Origin: Minisyncoccota bacterium
GTDB lineage: Bacteria; Patescibacteriota; Minisyncoccia; Phycocordibacterales; CAJBRS01
DNA length: 64,000 nt
Assembly (NCBI GenBank): GCA_035652395.1
Contig: DASRDX010000012.1
Coordinates: 23,861-87,860 of the forward strand
Direction of reading: 5' to 3'
Shown here: piece after piece, positions 57,936 through 64,000 of the stretch
How positions within the stretch are numbered: the stretch's first letter is position 1
How the letters are laid out: the number at the start of each line of letters is the position of its first letter
Made by a program: the position numbers and the translations under genes
The notes under the pieces: generated by a model
Told to the model about the DNA's origin: nothing
The model's input: the letters and a program-made list of their open reading frames with translations, nothing else
Database searches by the model: none

Positions 57936-58559
57936 TTATTTTATTTTCACCACATTAAAATCATACTCCGCCTCCCAAACACTGGCGCGCCTTAGCACCG
58001 TTTTCGGCGTTGAGCTAGAACTTGAAGCACTTAAATCAATATTGCTGGTAGGAACGGCAGCCGTGGTTGTATCCCCGGTTGAATGGAGATTGACTTGATT
58101 AATCCGAATGTTAAACGGCAAAGTCTCTAGCATGGCCAAAAAATAAAAAGTGTTTTGCCAGCTACCGCTGCTATGAAAAGTCAGGTGGAGCAATTCATAA
58201 TTGGCTGAAGAGGGATTCATTTCCATTGTACTAACTGATTCAGTCTTGCCATCAAGATGAGCGAAGGCAGCCAGTCGTTCAATGGTATTGATAAAATCTA
58301 CGGCTCCATCACTTTGGACAAAATAGGAATTAATTTTGCTTTCGTCTCCAGAAGCATTGGAAAAAGTGGAACGGAGCGAGTCTAGATTTTGATCTTCTGC
58401 CTGAAGAGAGGCTACGTCATTGGCCAAAGCCGAACTTTGCTGCACGTATTTTTTCAAGTTATTGAAGAAATAGTAGTAAGCGGCGGCCATTAAAAGAACT
58501 AGAAGTGTCGCTCCTAAAACCAATTCTAAAGTATTGGAAATTTTGACAGATTTTTTCAT
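57936..58559 (-). CDS. PilO-like protein
   Basis: TM, coiled coil, GSWQNTFYFLAMLETLP; follows the pilM/pilN-like genes. Confidence 0.7.
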   Translation of the reverse strand: MKKSVKISNTLELVLGATLLVLLMAAAYYYFFNNLKKYVQQSSALANDVASLQAEDQNLDSLRSTFSNASGDESKINSYFVQSDGAVDFINTIERLAAFAHLDGKTESVSTMEMNPSSANYELLHLTFHSSGSWQNTFYFLAMLETLPFNIRINQVNLHSTGDTTTAAVPTSNIDLSASSSSSTPKTVLRRASVWEAEYDFNVVKIK

Positions 58560-59092
58560 GATTTTAGTGTCAGGGTCATGGTGAAATCAATATCCCGATC
58601 AGCGGCGAAGGCGGATATTGGCAATTCCACTTTGGTGAAATCTTTAATGGTCTGCAAACTGTGATAAAACTGGGTTAAATCATCACGCTTATTGGCGTTT
58701 CCTTTAATAAGAATGGTTGACCCTTCGGCGCCGTAGTTTACAAAAAATTGGTTGACCGTGATTCCGCTCGTTTTCTTGTCAGTTATTTCCTTAATGTAAA
58801 AGGATGAATTACCGGTTTTATTATCAATTTTTAGAGCACTGAGGTTTCCCTTTAAGGAAGTTAAGAACTTGGCCAAATTTGGATCAGTCTTAGTCGCAAT
58901 ATCGGTTTTAATGCCCGCACTTTGGTCGTTGAGGTCCGCTACTTTCCGATACGAGAGTAAATATGAGGGCAAAAGGAAAGCGCTAGCTATTACTTCGATG
59001 GCGAAAATAAAACACAAAATAACGAAAAGTAATCGATAAAAATATTCGCGTTTCAATAATTTCTTTTCTTCTTCCGGTAATAAATGAAACAT
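58556..59092 (-). CDS. PilN-like protein
   Basis: MFHLLP start (cf. INLLP), TM, IKGNA..RDDL..F. Confidence 0.72.
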   Translation of the reverse strand: MFHLLPEEEKKLLKREYFYRLLFVILCFIFAIEVIASAFLLPSYLLSYRKVADLNDQSAGIKTDIATKTDPNLAKFLTSLKGNLSALKIDNKTGNSSFYIKEITDKKTSGITVNQFFVNYGAEGSTILIKGNANKRDDLTQFYHSLQTIKDFTKVELPISAFAADRDIDFTMTLTLKS

Positions 59093-59096
59093 TTTA

Positions 59097-60200
59097 TTAA
59101 GATATGGGCTTTGTGGGTAAAGCCAAGCCGATGGCTGCTCCAAAATTTAGAGCATCCGCCGCTTCAACTGGCGGAATATACTGATCAAAACTAAAAGCAT
59201 TACTCCAGACATTGGCAATTTCAACTTCCATCCGAACAGTTTCAGCTAAATATTCCTTAAAACCGATTATTGAAGCTTCTCGACCGAGAAGATAAACTTT
59301 TTGGATTTTCTGGCGTTCCAGAACTTGGCCTCTTTCCGTATGAGTATGCCAATAGCTGAAAATTCTCTCAATCTCGTCCTTCAAAACCGAAGCAACGTTA
59401 ACTAAAGCAAAAAAGACGTCGGTATTTTCTTCAGTCTTAATAAAGCCTTTTTGCTTTTTTATTTTCTCCGCCTCCGATACATCAACTTTGAATTGCTTGG
59501 CGATGGCTTGCGTAAAGTTGTCGCTTCCTACTGCCAGACTGGAATTAAATTGCACCCGCTCGTTACTAACCACCGAGAATCCTGTTTTTGTATCATCAAT
59601 ATTGATAACTAAATAAGTGCCTGCATCGCCGTTTTTAATCACCGCTCGGGCAATAGCTTGGGCTTCGATGGAAAACGATAGCGGCATCAGATCGGCTTTT
59701 TTCAGTAACTCCACGTATTGGTTAATTGTCTCACGAGGTAAAACTGAAACGATGGCTTCCCTTTTTGACTCACTTTCCGGTGCCCCTTCCGATAGTTTGG
59801 GTTCGAGCAAATGATAATCAAAGATGGCTTCTTCTAAAGAAAGAGGTACATTTTCCTCGAGATGAAATTCAATAAAGGTTCGAATTTCCTTATCCGTGGT
59901 GTTCGGAATTTCGGTCGTAAATACATAGGATTTTTCATCCGGTAGAGCCGTTTTCACAAATTTCAGTTTATTTTCCTTTTTTAACTGGCGCAAAATTTCT
60001 ACCAGTTGCTTGTTTTCTGCAAGCGGTGCTTCGGCATTGAAATAATCCAGCTGCTTTTGGCTGAATGAGCCAACTTCCAAAGTTTTCTTGCCCTTTTTAA
60101 ATTCAATCAACCTAAGAGTGTGCGGGCTAAGGTGCAGCCCGGCGTATGGCATCTGGAGAAAGACTGGAGGAGGAAAATATTCAAAAAACTTTTTGGCCAT
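59097..60200 (-). CDS. pilM: type IV pilus assembly protein PilM
   Basis: Actin-like fold; VPLSLEEAIFDY, EAQAIARA, AEKIK, AAIGLAL. Confidence 0.85.
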   Translation of the reverse strand: MAKKFFEYFPPPVFLQMPYAGLHLSPHTLRLIEFKKGKKTLEVGSFSQKQLDYFNAEAPLAENKQLVEILRQLKKENKLKFVKTALPDEKSYVFTTEIPNTTDKEIRTFIEFHLEENVPLSLEEAIFDYHLLEPKLSEGAPESESKREAIVSVLPRETINQYVELLKKADLMPLSFSIEAQAIARAVIKNGDAGTYLVINIDDTKTGFSVVSNERVQFNSSLAVGSDNFTQAIAKQFKVDVSEAEKIKKQKGFIKTEENTDVFFALVNVASVLKDEIERIFSYWHTHTERGQVLERQKIQKVYLLGREASIIGFKEYLAETVRMEVEIANVWSNAFSFDQYIPPVEAADALNFGAAIGLALPTKPIS

Positions 60201-60245
60201 TACTAAATATTATATCACCGCTTAACTAAACTTCGCTTGGAGAAA

Positions 60246-60581
60246 TTAATTTCCGGCCGTTCCGGTAGGAATGTTGGGATTTTGCGGCACGATTAAAGAA
60301 AATGGCATGCCTTCTTTACCTCCCATGGCAAAGAGCATGCCGTTGCTTTCGTGGCCTCGAATAGTGCGAGGCTCAAGATTGGTAACGAAAAGGCATTTAG
60401 TACCAATAAGAGCGGCGGGGTCGGGATAATATTCGGCGATGCCGGAGACGATTTGGCGAGGCGGAGCCTCGCCAAAATCCACTGATAGCTTAAGAAGCTT
60501 ATCAGTGTCAGGAATGCGGTCGGCCGTGAGGATCCGGCCGACCCTGATTTCCACCTTTTTGAACTCTTCATAAGAAATCAT
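60246..60581 (-). CDS. stand-alone tRNA-binding domain (MetRS C-terminal/CsaA/Trbp111-like)
   Basis: ISYEEFKKVEIRVG, DKLLKL, RQIVSGI, NLEPR...SNGM. Confidence 0.9.
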   Translation of the reverse strand: MISYEEFKKVEIRVGRILTADRIPDTDKLLKLSVDFGEAPPRQIVSGIAEYYPDPAALIGTKCLFVTNLEPRTIRGHESNGMLFAMGGKEGMPFSLIVPQNPNIPTGTAGN

Positions 60582-60604
60582 AATTGTTCTATTATAATGG
60601 AATG

Positions 60605-60805
60605 ATGGAAAGATTCGAACAGCCAACCGAAGAATCGCCCGAGATTAAAGTGCTGGCGCCTGAAGACAGGGAGATGTGGGATTACTATCAAAGGATGAAA
60701 CTCACCAGATTGGAAGACAGGACTCCGGAAGAAAACATTAAACTTGGAGCGGCACTTGAGCGCTTAAAAGACCTTAACCTTCTGGAAGAAAGTGAAAGTG
60801 CTTAA
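60605..60805 (+). CDS. small hypothetical protein
   Basis: MERFEQP..., preceded by TATAAT-N6. Confidence 0.55.
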   Translation: MERFEQPTEESPEIKVLAPEDREMWDYYQRMKLTRLEDRTPEENIKLGAALERLKDLNLLEESESA

Positions 60806-61192
60806 TTAGCGCGCACGTCTAGCCAAAAAACTTTTTAAAATAAGAGCGGCGGCCGAAGAATCTAATAGAGGCGTCGCGCCTTGCAGGCGCGACGCCTCTT
60901 GGCTTGTCATAAATTCCGGCTCCAAATAAACTGGCAAATTTAATTCTTTCTCCAGAACTCCCTTAAACATTTTAATATCCGCCATAATTTTATTTTCCTC
61001 ACCGGCAAAATTACGCGACTCCCCCATCACCACAGCTGCCACGCCTTCGGCGTGACACAATGCCTTAATCCTCTCCAAAAGGAGTTTGTTATTAGTTATC
61101 ACCCCTTTCGGAAAAGCCATCGTCTGATCATCATTAGAAATGGCCAGTCCCACGTTCTTCTGTCCGTAGTCAATTCCCAGAAGTTTAGACAT
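60806..61192 (-). CDS. ruvX: YqgF/RuvX pre-16S rRNA nuclease
   Basis: LGIDYGQKNVGLA, EPEFMTS, DSSAAALIL. Confidence 0.92.
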   Translation of the reverse strand: MSKLLGIDYGQKNVGLAISNDDQTMAFPKGVITNNKLLLERIKALCHAEGVAAVVMGESRNFAGEENKIMADIKMFKGVLEKELNLPVYLEPEFMTSQEASRLQGATPLLDSSAAALILKSFLARRAR

Positions 61193-61221
61193 ATCTTTAA
61201 GTATAAATAAAAATCGACAAC

Positions 61222-61422
61222 TTATTTAGCTGCCGATTGTAATCGTGCTGCTACATCATAGGTGTCCTTTAAAGATGGAGACCCGGTCGGGTATTTTTTG
61301 GCCTTTTCTTTCCCTTTATCAATCCTCTCTAATGCCTCGACAATATAGTCGTGAGGAAGAGTAGGTTGTTGACGAGCTAAAGCAGCTCCGTTTACAAATT
61401 CCACCATTCGAGAAGCGTCCAT
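61222..61422 (-). CDS. small hypothetical protein
   Basis: 66-aa ORF, no motif. Confidence 0.35.
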   Translation of the reverse strand: MDASRMVEFVNGAALARQQPTLPHDYIVEALERIDKGKEKAKKYPTGSPSLKDTYDVAARLQSAAK

Positions 61423-61505
61423 TCTGTCTTTAATCTATTAAAAGAATCTGAAAAGTCAATTAGATTTAGTCAAAAGCCACCTTGTATAGATTGCTCCTTT
61501 TCCTG

Positions 61506-61645
61506 TATAATTAGACTTTAATGAGTCTCGAAAATAGCGGTCGATTGATTCGCCGATTCAAGAAGAAGATGTTTCTCGAAACCCCGGAAGGGGTTATTTT
61601 TTTGTTTGAATTATTAAAAAGAGTGGCGGCCGAAGGCCGCCGCTC
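61506..61645 (+). promoter_or_regulatory. leader with intrinsic terminator upstream of the AsnRS-like gene
   Basis: TATAAT 61506-61511; AACCCC-GGAA-GGGGTT-A-T7 at 61580-61603; second GC-rich hairpin 61621-61645. Confidence 0.6.
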
Positions 61646-61664
61646 CCTTAACCAACAATTAACC

Positions 61665-62489
61665 ATGATCAACAATTACAAAGGAGTAGAAAATGTAGAG
61701 TTATATGACGAAGTTCTTACCAAGCTTCGGTCGTTCTTTAAAAACCGGGGTTTTGTGGAAGTAAATACACAGGACCGCTTGAGCATTTTGGCGGCCTGCG
61801 AAGACCCGAGCACGGTAGCTACCTACAATTATGCCGGCAAGCTGTGGCCGCTTCCCCAGACCGGGCAGATGTGGCTAGAATACGAATTATTGAAACGCCC
61901 GGAGCTCCCGGGCGTTTTTTGTGTCGGCACAAGTTATCGCGCCGAAAAAAATCCGATACCGGGCCGCCACAAAATAATCTTCCCGATGTTTGAGTTCGAA
62001 GCCAAAGGCACCATAGAAGATCTGAAGAACCTGGAAGCCGAAGCCCTTGAGCATCTGGGCTTCGGCTCTTCCGAAAATTTCATCCACAAAACCTATGATG
62101 AAATGAAAGAATATTATGGCAAAGAACTGACCTATAAAGAAGAAAATAAAATGATGGAAGATTTCGGACCGGTGGTCTTTCTGGAAAATTTTCCCATCTC
62201 CACTTCCCCTTTTTGGAACATGAAAAAGAATGGAGAGTACGCCCACAAAATCGACGTCATCCTCTACGGCAACGAAACTATCGGTAGTGCCGAGCGCAGC
62301 ACTGATAAAGAAGAAATGCGAGAGCAATTTGAAACCATCAGTGGTGGAAGATACGCCGCCAAGCTCTACGAACTTTTCGGCCAAGAGCGAGTCCAAAAAG
62401 AACTAAATGAATTCCTATCGCTCGACTTCTTCCCGCGCTTCGGCGCCGGCATCGGCATGAGCCGTCTCATGGACGCGTATCAGAAATAA
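61665..62489 (+). CDS. class IIb aaRS catalytic-domain-only protein (AsnRS-like / archaeal-type Asn synthetase-like)
   Basis: LRSFFKNRGFVEV, PQTGQMWLE, SYRAE..RH..F.MFEFE, ETIGSAER, GAGIGMSRL; no anticodon-binding domain. Confidence 0.8.
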   Translation: MINNYKGVENVELYDEVLTKLRSFFKNRGFVEVNTQDRLSILAACEDPSTVATYNYAGKLWPLPQTGQMWLEYELLKRPELPGVFCVGTSYRAEKNPIPGRHKIIFPMFEFEAKGTIEDLKNLEAEALEHLGFGSSENFIHKTYDEMKEYYGKELTYKEENKMMEDFGPVVFLENFPISTSPFWNMKKNGEYAHKIDVILYGNETIGSAERSTDKEEMREQFETISGGRYAAKLYELFGQERVQKELNEFLSLDFFPRFGAGIGMSRLMDAYQK

Positions 62490-62523
62490 AAAGCGTCGCC
62501 TTGTGACGACGCTGTTTCTAATG

Positions 62524-63162
62524 TTAGATTTCCTTAGGTATCAATGAGACCGATAGCTCTTCGATCTCTACCACTCGGGCGAGATTGAGCGCCTGATTAT
62601 AAAGCTCTTCCCGACGCCTAGCCCACCTCTTAATAGCTTCTCCCAACTTTTCCCATATTTGCTGCGGTTCTTCCTCAGTTGCTCCGATGATTGTTGGCAG
62701 ATTAGCCTGCTGGATTTCAATGATTTCTGCTTTTTCCCGACCGCGCTCTTTATATCCTGGTAAACCAATGAAATGTATGGTCGCGAGCACCCATAAACCA
62801 GAGCGAGTTAGTCCCCATACCACTTTGCTACCATTAGGAACGCTTGGTCCACTTGGATAGGAACGATAACCACTATTTGGTACCGTTTTTACCGCCTGCA
62901 ATGGCTGAAGATGGAAAATTCCTTGCGTCTCGAGCGAGAAATTTTCATTTCCAACCGTGGTGGGCCCATCAAAACTAATCTCGTGGCAGAATCCGCTTTC
63001 TGATTTCATGCATTCCAACTTACCCAGAGTGGGTAAGGTAAATTTGTCGAGATGGGACTTAATGAGTTTGCGACGCGCTTCGATGAGCTCAACCCATTCT
63101 TCTCTAGTGGGTTGATTTGGTCGAACTAACTTTTCTAATACTTCAGTATTGATTGAGGGCAT
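62524..63162 (-). CDS. hypothetical protein
   Basis: 212-aa ORF with AAAGGA upstream. Confidence 0.6.
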   Translation of the reverse strand: MPSINTEVLEKLVRPNQPTREEWVELIEARRKLIKSHLDKFTLPTLGKLECMKSESGFCHEISFDGPTTVGNENFSLETQGIFHLQPLQAVKTVPNSGYRSYPSGPSVPNGSKVVWGLTRSGLWVLATIHFIGLPGYKERGREKAEIIEIQQANLPTIIGATEEEPQQIWEKLGEAIKRWARRREELYNQALNLARVVEIEELSVSLIPKEI

Positions 63163-63409
63163 ACCCTAATCCTTTCTTTTGGTTGTTTTTGTGATTTTCA
63201 AGAGGCTTACCTCCTGTCTAAAAATGATTCTCTCTGACTTAGATTTTTTGTCAAGCAAGTTAATTTCCTTGAGAACGAAATTTATTAACGAAAAAGCCTA
63301 CGTTCGTTTGTCTCGCGTACTCGCTCGGTATCCGCTCCGCCGTTCGAATCCCTCTCTGAGTCAGACGGCCTTGCTGCAGAATGATGCAGGTCACTCTTTG
63401 CAAGTCGTT

Positions 63410-63497
<88 letters not shown>

Positions 63498-63542
63498 GTG
63501 GAAAAACAGTTACACTATACTGAATTTTTGGGTGTTTTCAAA

Positions 63543-63578
63543 AGAAAGAGGCGGGCGCGAAGCGCCCGCCTCTTTCTT
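63543..63578. terminator. intrinsic terminator
   Basis: AAGAGGCGGGCGC-GAA-GCGCCCGCCTCTT. Confidence 0.75.
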
Positions 63579-63594
63579 TATGAAATGCTTTTAA

Positions 63595-63855
63595 CTAAAC
63601 CTGCGGATTACTATTCGGATTTCCGACCGGCCCACTTTTTACTTTGTCGTTTGAGAAAACGTACAAGTAAAGAATATCCAGAATACCGGCTGTATTAACG
63701 ATTAATAACGCTACAAACCAAACTTTCTCGCCGCGGCGAGCTGACTTCCACAGAGCCATACCTTTCCAAATCAGACTCCAGATTATTAGAAGAACGAATA
63801 ATATAGGAGCCAGAACCGGAAAAGGGCTGTGGCTAAACATAAATGGTGACATCAT
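63595..63855 (-). CDS. DUF5652-like small membrane protein
   Basis: WSLIWKGMALWKSAR...WF..LLIVNTAGILDILY. Confidence 0.8.
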   Translation of the reverse strand: MMSPFMFSHSPFPVLAPILFVLLIIWSLIWKGMALWKSARRGEKVWFVALLIVNTAGILDILYLYVFSNDKVKSGPVGNPNSNPQV

Positions 63856-63934
63856 AATGATTTAATTATAACTCCAAATCGAAATTTCAAGTACTAGGTG
63901 CAAGTAAGCCCAATTCGCGCTAAAATTAAGCTTA

Positions 63935-64000
63935 ATGGATCCATTGAGTCCCTTAACTTGGCAGGCCCTTGAGTATCATCATGAACCGAAATCAGTTGAT
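63935..64000 (+). CDS. partial CDS truncated by window end
   Basis: MDPLSPLTWQALEYHHEPKSVD, with TAAAAT upstream. Confidence 0.5.
   Translation, partial: MDPLSPLTWQALEYHHEPKSVD

Noticed and set aside
60246-60581. Split MetRS as a novelty
   Set aside because: Short MetG with a stand-alone tRNA-binding domain is common.
61511-61610. T-box riboswitch
   Set aside because: No GGTGGNACCGCG consensus, and too short for stem I.

Overview
64-kb chromosomal segment of a Patescibacteria/CPR bacterium, most likely Parcubacteria (OD1). The taxonomic call is inferred from rplK with no adjacent rplA, alpha2-type GlyRS, type-2 IleRS, an EF-P with an RKQQR loop, PilMNO and large peptidoglycan-binding surface proteins. 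Contents: the 5' part of a 23S rRNA gene with no 16S upstream, five tRNAs (His, Leu, Val, Arg, Ser), housekeeping genes (rplJL, ftsK, recA, efp, rpsF-ssb-rpsR, metG, glyQS, recO, ileS, argS, glyA, secE-nusG-rplK, folD, msrA, rplS, ruvX), surface and secreted proteins, and a decayed low-GC islet at tRNA-His. No CRISPR array, intact transposase or integrase was seen. Main candidates for new biology: (1) an 8-kb nucleotide/folate cluster in which a ThyA missing two of its four phosphate-binding arginines sits with two HIT proteins, a HIGH-type nucleotidyltransferase, a HUP-like/dCMP-deaminase fusion, CYTH, DHFR, GlyA and degenerate TMK/TIR/Nudix proteins, possibly a thymidylate pathway on nucleotidylated intermediates; (2) a leader-peptide/terminator/antiterminator attenuator in the 23S rRNA leader; (3) an identical 17-nt boxA-like element in the rRNA leader and in the leader of the major surface-protein gene; (4) an HTH gene next to ftsK with about ten iteron-like repeats; (5) pervasive leaderless genes (-10 box, 6 nt, ATG). 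All family calls come from motif recognition by eye; no database searches were run.
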